Below the pieces are notes generated by a model. That model was not told where the DNA came from, made no database searches, and saw nothing but the letters and a program-made list of their open reading frames with translations. The position numbers and the translations under genes were made by a program. Positions 7,774 to 18,225 of a stretch of 64,000 nucleotides of DNA are shown in pieces (the first letter of the stretch is position 1; every line of letters begins with the position of its first letter). Origin of the DNA: Escherichia phage phiEC1; the sequence record KY608965.1, one strand, 5' to 3'.

Positions 7774-10485
7774 TCAAAAATCGAACATATCGAACAGAGA
7801 TGCTTTCTTCTCGTAATCGAGTTTCGCTGCTGATGTGAATCCTTCAAGTGGTTTAATAAATGTCTTCTCAAGGAGAACAGTGTAGTCCATCCAATGAAGT
7901 ACGTCGTCTTTAATTAAATCTGTGATTTCAGTACCAGAAGGCCATGCGATACATTTATCACCGAACGGGTTTCCATCACGTAAAGGCAGAACGTATACCT
8001 TTTCGCCTTCTACAACTTGTGGAGCATCAATATTACCTTTGATAGCCCGGTTATATGTCAGAATTCCACGAATATGGAACGGACATTTAGGACCAGGGAA
8101 TCCACCAACGTCATATTTAGCAATGTTATTCGCAGAAGATACCGACGCGATGCTAATATAATTCAATTGACGGAATTCTTTTTCAAACTCTTTAAAATAT
8201 TCTTGTAATGATTCTTCACCTTCTTGAAGCATACGACGAATACATTCTTTAAGAGCTTTCTGTACTGCTTTAGGGGTCGAAGATTTCTGAGTCTCTAGAC
8301 CCATGATTTTGAGTTTAGGCTCAGCGTAACGAGTACCTTCCATATCCCACACGTTTAATGCGTAACGTTTCTTACCAGTCCAGAATCCACCAATACCTTT
8401 AGAACCGAGCGGAGGACCAGCGATAGCTTCTCGGTCCATGAACATTAAGTGTTGTTTATTGTTCATGTATTCACACATTTCACGGAAACCTCTATCAATA
8501 GCTGGTTCCATACGTTCACGTGCAAACTTATCTAAGAAGTCTACCCAATGGTTGGTATCACGGAATTTAGATTCACCAACCTTATCAATAATTTTATCTG
8601 CAGATACATAAATGGAGTCTGTATCACCATATAGAACGAAAGCTTCACCTTCTGTACCACAAACTTCATTCAGATATTCATTAACTTTACGTTCAATCCA
8701 CTGTAAAGCCATTTGTCCAAATGTTGTGATTGCAGTAGCATTACGCAAATCATAATAACGGAACCAAACGTTGCCAAGTGCACCATAAAGTGAGTTGATA
8801 AGCAATTTACGGTTAATTTGTGCAGTCATACCTGCAACTTCAGTACGTTGAGCTCTAAACAACATTTCATTAAGAGATTTAGCAGACAACTTTTTAATCT
8901 TTTCTTTAATCTCGTCAGTGAAGTCGAAACGATAATCAACATCTAATGGTTCGTCAACAGAAAGATTAGGATTATGCAATGCCTCTTTAATTATTTCACC
9001 ATTACGTTGAGCCGCAAGCATGTAACCTTTATGTTCTTTACGTTGATTAAAGACCTTAGTGATTTCAGTTGGAACTACACCGTCACGGTCTTTATAATAC
9101 ATCATGCCGTTAGGAGAGCAACTGTACACATCTGAAGGACGTTCAGCGATTGCGTTAATATAATCATGCAGTGGAGCTACTTTAAACGTTCCTGCTATTG
9201 TTTCTGGGCTAATATTCACTTGGCGAATAATACTTGGATACAGAGATGTAAGGTCGAAACTCATTACATATTTGTATCGATTTGGAATAGGTTCCTTAAC
9301 AAAAGCGCCAGGATAAGGTTGAACCGGGTGAGAACGACCTTGTGGAATCACCTTGTTTTGTTCTTTAAGGCTATTAAAAATAATAGCATCCCATGTTTTA
9401 ATTGGGCTAAACACAGATTGAATCTGTATCTTAGCATAATAACCCATGTCCAAACTCAAGTTGATGAACTGACGCTTAGCATCAATTTGCAATACACGAT
9501 ACACGTCGATAATGTTATAAGAAATATATCGTTGGTGATTGCTTTCACGAAGCTTAGAAATAGGACCGTCATATTTCAGTTTACCGACATTCAATTCAAA
9601 TTCTGAAATGTAATCCAGAGAATACGACGGTTGATTGGTAAAAGAGAATTTTTTGTAAAGGTCAATGTAATCAAGAACAGAGATACCGAACAATGTAATG
9701 ATTTCACGAGAACCATACATGTTTTCGATAACTTTAACACGAGTTTTACGATGTGGTGATAAACGTTTCGCAGTAGATTCGCCAAAAATATTCTTGATTC
9801 GGTTATACACATATGGAATATCAAATGACTCAACGTTCCATCCAGTCAAAATGACAGGAGTTTTCTGTTGCCAGAAGTTGAGATATTCCATCAACAATTC
9901 TTTTTCGTTATCGAACGGCATATAAATGATTTTATCAATAATTTCGGATGGAACTTCATCACCACCTTGTTCTTGAAGCTTAGCTGCAATTTCGATAGAC
10001 CATTCTTCTACATTACCATATGGAGAATTCAATAGATCAAATACGTAGAACCTGTCGTCAATTGAGTCATAATGGGTGATAGCATCAATCGGATGTTTTG
10101 CTTGTGACGGCTCAGGAAACCCATCCGGAGATGTTACTTCGATGTCGAAGTTAGCCACACGAATTTTTGTATGGTCGTATTTGATTTCATAGTTATAAGT
10201 GTCAGACAAATACGCTAATTTGAAATCGTCCATGCCAAGTGCTTCAAGACCGATATCTTCCATGCGTTTAATCCATTGAGACGCATCACGCATATTAGCG
10301 AACAACTTACGAGTACACGGCTTACCGTAGATATCGAAATATTTCGTAGCTTGACTTTCCGGACAATGAGCAAACAGTGATGGTTTATATTCTACTTCAC
10401 GAGTACGTTCACGGCCATTAGAATCGATGTAACGTTCAAAAATTGAATCACCAATCTGTTCAACCGTTAAGTAAAATTCTTTCAT
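7774..10485 (-). CDS. 43: DNA polymerase (family B) gp43
   Basis: 903 aa; MKEFYLTVEQIGDSIFERYIDSNGRERTREVEYKPSLFAH...; exo and pol motifs (FDIEV, YGDTDS); T4 synteny. Confidence 0.97.
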   Translation of the reverse strand: MKEFYLTVEQIGDSIFERYIDSNGRERTREVEYKPSLFAHCPESQATKYFDIYGKPCTRKLFANMRDASQWIKRMEDIGLEALGMDDFKLAYLSDTYNYEIKYDHTKIRVANFDIEVTSPDGFPEPSQAKHPIDAITHYDSIDDRFYVFDLLNSPYGNVEEWSIEIAAKLQEQGGDEVPSEIIDKIIYMPFDNEKELLMEYLNFWQQKTPVILTGWNVESFDIPYVYNRIKNIFGESTAKRLSPHRKTRVKVIENMYGSREIITLFGISVLDYIDLYKKFSFTNQPSYSLDYISEFELNVGKLKYDGPISKLRESNHQRYISYNIIDVYRVLQIDAKRQFINLSLDMGYYAKIQIQSVFSPIKTWDAIIFNSLKEQNKVIPQGRSHPVQPYPGAFVKEPIPNRYKYVMSFDLTSLYPSIIRQVNISPETIAGTFKVAPLHDYINAIAERPSDVYSCSPNGMMYYKDRDGVVPTEITKVFNQRKEHKGYMLAAQRNGEIIKEALHNPNLSVDEPLDVDYRFDFTDEIKEKIKKLSAKSLNEMLFRAQRTEVAGMTAQINRKLLINSLYGALGNVWFRYYDLRNATAITTFGQMALQWIERKVNEYLNEVCGTEGEAFVLYGDTDSIYVSADKIIDKVGESKFRDTNHWVDFLDKFARERMEPAIDRGFREMCEYMNNKQHLMFMDREAIAGPPLGSKGIGGFWTGKKRYALNVWDMEGTRYAEPKLKIMGLETQKSSTPKAVQKALKECIRRMLQEGEESLQEYFKEFEKEFRQLNYISIASVSSANNIAKYDVGGFPGPKCPFHIRGILTYNRAIKGNIDAPQVVEGEKVYVLPLRDGNPFGDKCIAWPSGTEITDLIKDDVLHWMDYTVLLEKTFIKPLEGFTSAAKLDYEKKASLFDMFDF

Positions 10486-10546
10486 TTAATTTCCTTTAGA
10501 CGAGTTATTGTCTTTTGTTTGTTGATGAACTTATTATACTCCAAAT

Positions 10547-10560
10547 GGGACCGAAGTCCC
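10547..10560 (-). promoter_or_regulatory. GGGAC-UUCG-GUCCC hairpin between regA stop and gene 43 RBS (attenuator or part of gene 43 translational operator?)
   Basis: Perfect 5-bp stem with UUCG tetraloop on transcribed strand 6 nt after regA stop; not followed by a clean U-run. Confidence 0.4.
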
Positions 10561-10566
10561 ATTGCT

Positions 10567-10935
10567 TTAATTACCAATTGTATATTTTGCTTTCAAAGTC
10601 CAGTCATCTTTCTGTTTAAAAGAGATAACACGGAAGTTATTAGTCAGGCTAAATAGATCTTCACGAGCAGAGTCTTCAATAACAATCAATCCCCAGTCTT
10701 CAAGCAACTGAGCAATCGAATCACGTCGCTGATAGTCTTCACCATCGATATCAACTTGACGTCCGTCCATACGCAGCATTTCTTTAAAGTGGACGATGTA
10801 GTATTTACCTTGCTTTTGGAGGATATGACAGGACTGATAAAGGATTTTATCCTTGTTATTAGCGATGCCCATACGGGTCAAAGTCTCTTTGACTTTCAGA
10901 AAATCTTCAGGGTTCTTCAATTTAATTTCAATCAT
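10567..10935 (-). CDS. regA: translational repressor RegA
   Basis: MIEIKLKNPEDFLKVKETLTRMGIANNKDK... matches T4 RegA; start taken at 4th codon of track ORF. Confidence 0.85.
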   Translation of the reverse strand: MIEIKLKNPEDFLKVKETLTRMGIANNKDKILYQSCHILQKQGKYYIVHFKEMLRMDGRQVDIDGEDYQRRDSIAQLLEDWGLIVIEDSAREDLFSLTNNFRVISFKQKDDWTLKAKYTIGN

Positions 10936-10937
10936 TT

Positions 10938-11501
10938 TTACCATTCCAATGCTAATTTTTTAAATTGTTTTTGTTCTTTTACGTTTTTAGTAACTTCTTT
11001 GAGAAATTCATCAGTGACCATGGCCTTCAGTTCTTTAAGGACTATTGGCAGCTTGTTATTTTTTTCAAGGAGCCGCTTATACTCGGTAGCATCATTCATG
11101 TTGATTGTGTAATGTTTCATCAACAGTTTGATAACTAGTAACTCTGAAGTGTCTTCGACTAGTTTAGCCCATTTAGAGAATCGACGACCACGCGGAATTG
11201 CCGCCATCATATAGTTGAAGTGTGCTTCATCGCTTAATTCAGAACCGACTAAGTTCATCATGTAAACGGCTGGCATACATTCTGGAAACTGGGATAATGA
11301 GTTCTCAACCATAAATTTTGAGTAGTCGACCTGAGCAATTGACATAGATTTCTTTTCATTAATAGCATTAATGATTTTAAAGAATTCATTCTCAGGTTTT
11401 TCTTTAAACATATCAGCACATTTTTGAATCGCATCAGCGTCATTAGACTTCCATGCAATTTGGTGCTCGTTAAGCTGGACGTCATCATCGAATAAGTTCA
11501 T
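10938..11501 (-). CDS. 62: clamp-loader small subunit gp62
   Basis: 187 aa, T4 gp62-like sequence and position. Confidence 0.9.
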   Translation of the reverse strand: MNLFDDDVQLNEHQIAWKSNDADAIQKCADMFKEKPENEFFKIINAINEKKSMSIAQVDYSKFMVENSLSQFPECMPAVYMMNLVGSELSDEAHFNYMMAAIPRGRRFSKWAKLVEDTSELLVIKLLMKHYTINMNDATEYKRLLEKNNKLPIVLKELKAMVTDEFLKEVTKNVKEQKQFKKLALEW

Positions 11502-11502
11502 A

Positions 11503-12465
11503 TTATTTCCAAGTCAGTTCACAGGTCAGTTGAAGAAGCATATACATAACATGTAATTCAATATTACTTGCTAATCCGTGAAACTTATTATTTTCGCCTG
11601 CAATTTCATAAAGCGAAATAATACTTTTACCAGGTGCAACTTGGTCATAACATTCTGAAACTAATTTATCGATGAACCATGAATAATCTGCGGCATATTT
11701 TGGAGCTAATGCACGAAGCTGTTTTATATCTTTGTTCTTCATTGCTTCGATAACGTCAGAGACTGTGCCACGGTCATTAGTTACGATAGACAAAATACCA
11801 GCATCAAGAACACCTTTAGACGAGTACTGGTCTAATTGACCAATTGTACGACGAAAGTCCGGGAAGTTCTTTTTAACCAGAGCTGCAACAACTTTCATAT
11901 CAGCGATTTCGATATTTTCGTTCTTACAGATTTCAACCATACGATGAATCATTTTCTTCATCATCGAGATTTTATCTTCTTCGGTTGGACGTCCGAATTC
12001 GATAACTCGACAACGACTACGTAATGGTTCAATAATTCCATCGATGTTGTTAGCAGTAATAACAATAGAGCAGTTACTAGAGAATTCTTCCATAAACGTA
12101 CGAAGGTGACGTTGTGATTCGGCGAGGCCACTACGGTCAAATTCATCAATAACAATAACTTTCGGCTTGCCTTCCATTGAGACTGAACGAGCGAATGCAG
12201 TTAACGGACCACGCACAAAATCAATCTTACAATCAGAACCATTGACAAACATCATTTCGGCATTGATATCATTACATAATGCTTTTGCTACGGTTGTTTT
12301 ACCTGTACCAGGAGAAGGAGAGTGCAAAATAATATGAGGAAGTTTTCCTTTAGATACTAAAGACTTGAATGTTTCATGGTCATACGCAGGCAGAATACAT
12401 TCGTCAATGGAAGAAGGACGATATTTCTGTTCTAGAATGTGTTCTTTGGAATTGATAGTAATCAT
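11503..12465 (-). CDS. 44: clamp-loader ATPase gp44
   Basis: 320 aa; Walker [22 protein letters not shown] motif. Confidence 0.95.
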   Translation of the reverse strand: MITINSKEHILEQKYRPSSIDECILPAYDHETFKSLVSKGKLPHIILHSPSPGTGKTTVAKALCNDINAEMMFVNGSDCKIDFVRGPLTAFARSVSMEGKPKVIVIDEFDRSGLAESQRHLRTFMEEFSSNCSIVITANNIDGIIEPLRSRCRVIEFGRPTEEDKISMMKKMIHRMVEICKNENIEIADMKVVAALVKKNFPDFRRTIGQLDQYSSKGVLDAGILSIVTNDRGTVSDVIEAMKNKDIKQLRALAPKYAADYSWFIDKLVSECYDQVAPGKSIISLYEIAGENNKFHGLASNIELHVMYMLLQLTCELTWK

Positions 12466-12540
12466 GTAATTTTCCTCATTATCATTAAACTGGAGGATTT
12501 CTCCTCCATAATCGTACTACATTAAACGTAAAGCTTTGAC

Positions 12541-13227
12541 TTAGAAGTCGTGAGTAGAATCGGCTTCCATTGCAATAACATAACTTACTTGAGAGCTTTC
12601 AAACTTGGCTGCAACTTTATCACCAGCTCCCCACAACATTACTTTATAGTTACCTGGCTGGATTTTCATATTAGCCATATTGATTACAAAGTTAAAGTTA
12701 TTAGAACCATCATAATCGGTAAGAGTCAAAGAATACTTAGGACGAGTTAGTCCAGAATCTTCAACTTTATTATAACCATTGATAACAATTTTACCATCTT
12801 TATTTGTAATAGCAATTGTATCAATCTGGAGACCACGTGAAACTCGAAGCAATTGTTGAAGGTCTTCAGCTTTAATTTCAGTAATCACAGAAGCCACTGG
12901 GAATTGAATTGGCTTATTAGGAAAAACAATGGTGCTCTTGTCGGCAGCAGGCCAATAAACTGTGGAACGTGTATCTGCAATTTTAATATTGCCATCAGTG
13001 TGCATTGAAATTTCAGCATCATCAGACACTAGACTCAAAATGCTTAAGAAGCTATTCAAATCATAAAGTGCTACGTCAAAATCAATTTCATCAGAGATAT
13101 TTGCTTCCGCATAAGTGGTGCCATTAACTGCACGGGTCATAATAAATTTACCTTGACTCAGCAGAATACCGGAGTTAATAGAGGCAAAGTTTTTCAGAAT
13201 AGCGATAGTATCTTTAGACAGTTTCAT
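12541..13227 (-). CDS. 45: sliding clamp gp45
   Basis: MKLSKDTIAILKNF..., 228 aa from ATG at 13227 (track start is an upstream TTG); SD AGGAAA. Confidence 0.95.
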   Translation of the reverse strand: MKLSKDTIAILKNFASINSGILLSQGKFIMTRAVNGTTYAEANISDEIDFDVALYDLNSFLSILSLVSDDAEISMHTDGNIKIADTRSTVYWPAADKSTIVFPNKPIQFPVASVITEIKAEDLQQLLRVSRGLQIDTIAITNKDGKIVINGYNKVEDSGLTRPKYSLTLTDYDGSNNFNFVINMANMKIQPGNYKVMLWGAGDKVAAKFESSQVSYVIAMEADSTHDF

Positions 13228-13267
13228 TTTATTTCCTTTCAAGACAATTCAAAGTTTAACAAATTTA

Positions 13268-13684
13268 TTATGCAGCAACCATCTGCTTTTTAATAGCTTC
13301 AGGCAGTGATTCAATATATTCTGGAATTTTAGAAGCAACAATTTCGCCAGCTGCAATTAATTGTTCGTCGGCATCAACACAGTAGAAATCTTCCAGACGC
13401 TCAGAACCATCTTTATCAAGAACGATTTTTCCACCAGCTTCAATAGAATCTTTATAGTGCTTACGCATCAGATGAATCCACATATCAGATACATCATTAT
13501 CAATAAAACCATAAATCATAAAACGAGTTTCTTGTGGCAAAGATTGAAGCTTTTTAGCACTTGCGTCATCACAATGCAGGACCCATGCTTTACGAACACG
13601 ATTATGGTTATGTGGGTTAGCGTCAGTACGGATAGAAGTAACTTTCAGATCAGCAGCAGTGAAACCTTTAGCAGTAGTAAACAT
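13268..13684 (-). CDS. rpbA: RNA polymerase-binding protein RpbA-like
   Basis: 138-aa ORF in the T4 rpbA position between 46 and 45; assignment by synteny. Confidence 0.55.
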   Translation of the reverse strand: MFTTAKGFTAADLKVTSIRTDANPHNHNRVRKAWVLHCDDASAKKLQSLPQETRFMIYGFIDNDVSDMWIHLMRKHYKDSIEAGGKIVLDKDGSERLEDFYCVDADEQLIAAGEIVASKIPEYIESLPEAIKKQMVAA

Positions 13685-13696
13685 ATTATTTCTCTC

Positions 13697-13897
13697 TTAT
13701 TCGTAGAAGTCAGTAACTGTCCATGCGGAATTGCGATTAGACATTATTTTATTATACTCATCTTTAAAAGCAGATTTGAGCATTTGTTCAGTAACAATAT
13801 GTTCTTCACCTGAAAACGTATTGGTCAAAACATATTTTTTAATTTCAGGGACAACAAGAAGATGTTGTCCGGTTGAATACTCCATGTTGTTCTCCAT
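13697..13897 (-). CDS. hypothetical protein (45.2-like position)
   Basis: 66-aa ORF; SD GGAG upstream. Confidence 0.4.
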   Translation of the reverse strand: MENNMEYSTGQHLLVVPEIKKYVLTNTFSGEEHIVTEQMLKSAFKDEYNKIMSNRNSAWTVTDFYE

Positions 13898-13939
13898 TTA
13901 ATTTGATGTGGTCATTATAACCACATCGTGTTAAAGCGT

Positions 13940-15628
13940 TTATGAAACAGTCATCACAGTAAATCGTCCAACTTTGCTCATTTGAAGATGTTGTCCATAA
14001 GCTTGTGGGTCATGGTCTCTGTGACTAATTATAAACACGTTTGCATCGGTTAGAGAGTTAAGAATTGTTGAAATAGCTTTAATACCTTCAGAATCAGTCG
14101 CGGAATCCATGACTTCGTCCATAATTAATGTATTGATTCTAACACCAGAGATCTTTTCAGCAATATCTCGCCATGTAAACAACAATGCGATATCGATACG
14201 TGCCTTTTCACCTTGACTAAATGAAGCATAACTAAAATCTTCACGACCACGTGATTTTATAGATTCATTGAATTCTTCGTCAATAGAAAACACATAATCA
14301 GCTTCCATGATTTTAAGGTAATGGTTAATCTGCTTGTTGAACAGAGGCACATATTTTTTAATGATAGCACCTTTAATACCAGAATCTTTTAACATATCTG
14401 TTATAATACCACGATGGTATTTTTCAAGAACGATATCTGATTTTGTTTTAATGATTTTATCAAGTTCTTTTTGAAGCAAAGCTATCTCATCGGCATGGTC
14501 GATAAATTCCGCCGAGGCTTGTTCTATTGCAGCTTTAACTTTCTTAGCTTTATCAATAGTGGCAATCATTGCTTGTTTCTTAGTACGAATATCAGATGCA
14601 AGGTCCTGCTTAGTCTTAACATTAGCTCTATATTCGTCCACTAGGACACTCAGATTATCTCTGTGGCAGGTAAGTTGCTCGAATGAGTGATTACATTCAT
14701 GAAGCTTATCGGTAATCTTAGAGACAATAGGATCACCCTGGTGCAACTGTGATGCACAAGTAGGACATGTACCGCCATCATGATACATCTTAATAACTTT
14801 GTTATATGAGTCAATTTTAGATTTAATCAAGAATGCTTCTTGTCCTATCTTGTTGAATGCCTCAGTAGGGTCTTCGTCAAGAACGATATTAAGTAGACGC
14901 TCGTTAGCTTCTTCGATTTCTGCTTTTAATGAACGAGCTTCTTTAGCCAGGTCGTCATACATATTCTGTAGACGCGCTACATTATCACCAGATAATTTCT
15001 TTTGACGTTCGATATTCTCGTTATAAATCTTAATTTGTTGGATAATACCATCTTTCTTGGCATCGAGAACTTGCCCCTGGGAATTAAGTTCTCGAACTTG
15101 AGACTTATTGATTTTATCCATTTCAGCGAGTGTGCCAACTTCTAAAAGGTCTTCGACAAGTTTTCTACGAGCAGGGGTGCTAAGAGCCATGAAAGGGGTA
15201 TACCCTGCCGTCCCAAGCACAACGATTTGTTTAAAAGACGCGTATGACATTCCGATGCTACGTTCAAATTCTTCTTGGAAGTCACGACTGCTGGCAGATT
15301 CATCAAGACGAACACCGTCAACGGAGATTTCGAAAATATTGGGCTTTTGGCCACGTTTAATGAAGTATTTTTTACCATCGAATTCCATCCAAAGCTCAAC
15401 TAAGAGCTCTTTCTTGTTCGTGCTATTAATGATTTGTCCTTTCTTAACATCACGAAATGGTTTACCGAAAAGTCCGAAAGTAATGGCTTCTAACATCGTA
15501 GATTTACCACCGCCATTTTTACCTGTGATTAAGGTCTTTTGGACTTTATCTAATTGGATATCGATAAAATTTTGCCCAACAGACATTATATTTTTATAAC
15601 GAACACGATTTAATTTAAATGTTTTCAC
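13940..15628 (-). CDS. 46: recombination endonuclease subunit gp46 (Rad50/SbcC-like)
   Basis: 562 aa; Walker A GKNGGGKST, coiled-coil middle, C-terminal signature/Walker B. Confidence 0.95.
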   Translation of the reverse strand: MKTFKLNRVRYKNIMSVGQNFIDIQLDKVQKTLITGKNGGGKSTMLEAITFGLFGKPFRDVKKGQIINSTNKKELLVELWMEFDGKKYFIKRGQKPNIFEISVDGVRLDESASSRDFQEEFERSIGMSYASFKQIVVLGTAGYTPFMALSTPARRKLVEDLLEVGTLAEMDKINKSQVRELNSQGQVLDAKKDGIIQQIKIYNENIERQKKLSGDNVARLQNMYDDLAKEARSLKAEIEEANERLLNIVLDEDPTEAFNKIGQEAFLIKSKIDSYNKVIKMYHDGGTCPTCASQLHQGDPIVSKITDKLHECNHSFEQLTCHRDNLSVLVDEYRANVKTKQDLASDIRTKKQAMIATIDKAKKVKAAIEQASAEFIDHADEIALLQKELDKIIKTKSDIVLEKYHRGIITDMLKDSGIKGAIIKKYVPLFNKQINHYLKIMEADYVFSIDEEFNESIKSRGREDFSYASFSQGEKARIDIALLFTWRDIAEKISGVRINTLIMDEVMDSATDSEGIKAISTILNSLTDANVFIISHRDHDPQAYGQHLQMSKVGRFTVMTVS

Positions 15629-16490
15629 TTAAATTTTTCCTCATGAATTCAGAAACTAAAGCCTGTAAAGAACTTTGTATAGGATATCCTAAATTGACTA
15701 AATTTTTAGAAAAAGTCACATATTTAGGTTTGTTCATTTTAACCCATTCAACGTAAAGCATATCAAAATTTTCCCAATGATATCCTTTTCTTCTAGATTT
15801 CAAATGAGTGTCTCTAACTTTAGGATTTTTCCAACTGCGTGAAACTCCAGCCGATAATGATTCTCTATATTCGGCTGTTTTAGATATTTTACGACAAGCA
15901 TCCAAATGTTTTTGTTTATTAATAGGGTCACTAAACCACTTTTGGGTCATAATAGAGACGGTTTCTTTAAATTCCTTTGAACTTGTCATAATTCTGTGTT
16001 TCTTTAAATTTTCCGGATTTTTAAACCATGCTTTTAAAGCTTGACTAATCTTAATTCTATTATCCTGATTGGAATAGTATAATGTCATTTTTATAGAATT
16101 AACTTTACAAACATTTTCGAATTCTAAAGAATACGCCTCGGCTATATTATTTAGTTCATGCGTTGTACAATTTAAATTAAATCGCCCGGTATACATTCTT
16201 TGAAGCGCGTTAATCATCTTGTGGTTGCCAGTTTTTGCCAAAATGCTATGTGCAATAAAATGGTTATAATGACTTAAATGACACAAGTTCCATTTACATG
16301 TTTTAAAATCTGGAAAAATAGATTTTGGTAGTATATGGTGAACCTGAGTCAGTCCTTTTACTTTATTAGTGGAATTAGTTTTTATAAAGTTTAAATACTC
16401 ATCAAGTCCTTCCCACGAAGGGAAGGAGGTTTTAAGAATTTTATAAATTTGAGTTTCATAATCAGTCTTCGTCATTATACGCGTCCTCAA
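15615..16490 (-). CDS. free-standing HNH homing endonuclease
   Basis: 291 aa; VHHILPKS...HLSHYNHFIAH HNH motif; inserted between 46 and 47; overlaps 46 start by 14 nt. Confidence 0.7.
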   Translation of the reverse strand: MRTRIMTKTDYETQIYKILKTSFPSWEGLDEYLNFIKTNSTNKVKGLTQVHHILPKSIFPDFKTCKWNLCHLSHYNHFIAHSILAKTGNHKMINALQRMYTGRFNLNCTTHELNNIAEAYSLEFENVCKVNSIKMTLYYSNQDNRIKISQALKAWFKNPENLKKHRIMTSSKEFKETVSIMTQKWFSDPINKQKHLDACRKISKTAEYRESLSAGVSRSWKNPKVRDTHLKSRRKGYHWENFDMLYVEWVKMNKPKYVTFSKNLVNLGYPIQSSLQALVSEFMRKNLSENI

Positions 16491-16719
16491 TACATGCTTC
16501 AGCCATTTTAAGAATAGAACCAGGAGTATCGTTGTCCATTATATTAAAGCTAAATTCAATAGCCCAGTCTGTGCAGACATGAACTGCTTTAACTTCATTG
16601 CCTTCAACGCGTAATGGCTCGATCCAATACTTGATAGTGTTCTCGAATCCATCATCATCTTTAACGTCCATTTCGACTTCAAGCCTGAGTCCAGCATTGT
16701 TAAATTCATCTAAAGTCAT
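16462..16719 (-). CDS. hypothetical acidic protein
   Basis: 85-aa ORF coupled to gene 47 stop. Confidence 0.45.
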   Translation of the reverse strand: MTLDEFNNAGLRLEVEMDVKDDDGFENTIKYWIEPLRVEGNEVKAVHVCTDWAIEFSFNIMDNDTPGSILKMAEACIEDAYNDED

Positions 16720-17735
16720 TGTGTTGCCTCAATATAAAGTTCGTTGGAATATTTGACCAGCGCTTCTCTGTCTTCATCTGAGATATCTGGAATCGCGTCA
16801 ATATATTCTTTAATGATATCTTGAAGTGATTTAATCTCGATTTCCTGGTCGTCATCAGATTCAACACTGTTATCAACTTTAGAAACCATACGAAGAGAGT
16901 GAACTACTTTTTCAAGTTCAGATTCAAACTTAGTCAACTCTGAATCAATTTCTGATACTATAACACGTAAGGCTAGATTAGTATAATCAGAATAATTGAT
17001 TTTGCCTTTAAACGGATAAGTGATTCGTCGATGCCATGTTGTTTCATTAGGAATAAATTCCATACGTTCAACATCAGTGTCAAATACCCAGAATCCGCGC
17101 GGGTCGTTCTCATCACCTGCAGTAAGTGTCCATGGTGTCCCAATATATTTGACGTTAGCAGCTTCAGAGATTGTGTGGAAGTGGCCGGACCAGACTTGTT
17201 TATAGGTCTTTAAGAAATCAGGTTCAAGCCCATGAGACTTCATTCCTTTATAGAAATAAAAGCCATTCAGTTCCCAGTGCCCAACACAATACGCGGCAGA
17301 AGAAGTCTTGATGTGCTCTAAGATTTCACCTGTATTTTCTTCACACATCCATGGAACGATATCAATTAGACATCCGTCAAAATCTACAGTAGTTGGATGT
17401 TCGTAAATAGTAAAGTTTTCAAATTGAGTTAACAATTCAGAAACAGTGTTAGGTGTTATTGTATTCTTAAACGCCATGTCATGGTTTCCTATCGTGACAT
17501 GAACGTGAATGCCTGCTTTAGAAATCATATCAACTATTTCACGATTGAATTCCATTGTACGATGTGTAATTGCTTTACGGACGTCGAACCAATCACCGTA
17601 CTGAATCCAAGTTTTAATCCCGTGTTTCTTAGAGTATTCAATTGCTTGACGAATACCATCACGTTGAATATCTTGAACCCATGGGTCATCTTGTTTGACT
17701 CCGATATGGAAGTCGCCTAAGTGCAAAATTTTCAT
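16716..17735 (-). CDS. 47: recombination endonuclease subunit gp47 (Mre11/SbcD-like)
   Basis: MKILHLGDFHIG..., phosphoesterase motifs GNHD, GHWE. Confidence 0.95.
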   Translation of the reverse strand: MKILHLGDFHIGVKQDDPWVQDIQRDGIRQAIEYSKKHGIKTWIQYGDWFDVRKAITHRTMEFNREIVDMISKAGIHVHVTIGNHDMAFKNTITPNTVSELLTQFENFTIYEHPTTVDFDGCLIDIVPWMCEENTGEILEHIKTSSAAYCVGHWELNGFYFYKGMKSHGLEPDFLKTYKQVWSGHFHTISEAANVKYIGTPWTLTAGDENDPRGFWVFDTDVERMEFIPNETTWHRRITYPFKGKINYSDYTNLALRVIVSEIDSELTKFESELEKVVHSLRMVSKVDNSVESDDDQEIEIKSLQDIIKEYIDAIPDISDEDREALVKYSNELYIEATQ

Positions 17736-17781
17736 ATTATTTCCTCATTAGTTAATTCATTCTATCATCCGTTTATAAAGC

Positions 17782-17806
17782 AAAAAAAGGAACTCCGAAG
17801 AGTTCC
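17782..17806 (-). terminator. rho-independent terminator
   Basis: GGAACUC-UUCG-GAGUUCC hairpin followed by U7 on transcribed strand. Confidence 0.7.
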
Positions 17807-17979
17807 TATCCACATAGTACACCGTACAGAGGCTCATTTGAACTTTTAAATCGAATGGGCTTGTATGTAATAGTTCCTTCGGCTTTAGCTTTATCATAAG
17901 ACTCTTTAAAACGTCTCATTCTTTCTGCTTTGCCTTTACGGATTTTATCGAAATTTTCAGAAGTCGGGATGTTCGTCAT
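17806..17979 (-). CDS. hypothetical small protein (57 aa), not in ORF track
   Basis: MTNIPTSENFDKIRKGKAERMRRFKESYDKAKAEGTITYKPIRFKSSNEPLYGVLCG; followed directly by terminator. Confidence 0.3.
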   Translation of the reverse strand: MTNIPTSENFDKIRKGKAERMRRFKESYDKAKAEGTITYKPIRFKSSNEPLYGVLCG

Positions 17980-18018
17980 GCATAAGCACCTCTCAGAAAA
18001 TGCCTAAATCAATTTCTC

Positions 18019-18225
18019 TCATCGTTTCCACCATTTCTTAACTTGAAATGAATCGACCCACACGAGTTGTTTTGGGTCTGCCTTTACAATAGGCGGACAA
18101 ATTTCTGTAATAGAACCGTCGTGATATTCCTTTTCGGAAATTTTAACACAAAGAGGACCACCCAATTTAATGGTGAACCCTGCGTTCAGCTTCAGACGTT
18201 TAAACTTTGTTTGAACTAGCGCCAT
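18019..18225 (-). CDS. hypothetical protein
   Basis: ORF track; start uncertain (M1 or M6). Confidence 0.4.
   Translation of the reverse strand: MALVQTKFKRLKLNAGFTIKLGGPLCVKISEKEYHDGSITEICPPIVKADPKQLVWVDSFQVKKWWKR

Noticed and set aside
7922-9925. Plus-strand ORFs inside gene 43 (7922-8161, 8017-8208, 9166-9606, 9698-9925)
   Set aside because: Lie wholly within the well-supported polymerase gene on the opposite strand
10559-10584. MotA-box-like TTGCTTTA followed by TATATT
   Set aside because: On the plus strand where no gene follows, and spacing to the -10 is too short
15108-15599. 163-aa plus-strand ORF inside gene 46, and similar internal ORFs elsewhere (e.g. 45140-45431, 50848-51351, 59032-59821)
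   Set aside because: Antisense or out-of-frame within confidently identified genes; no start context
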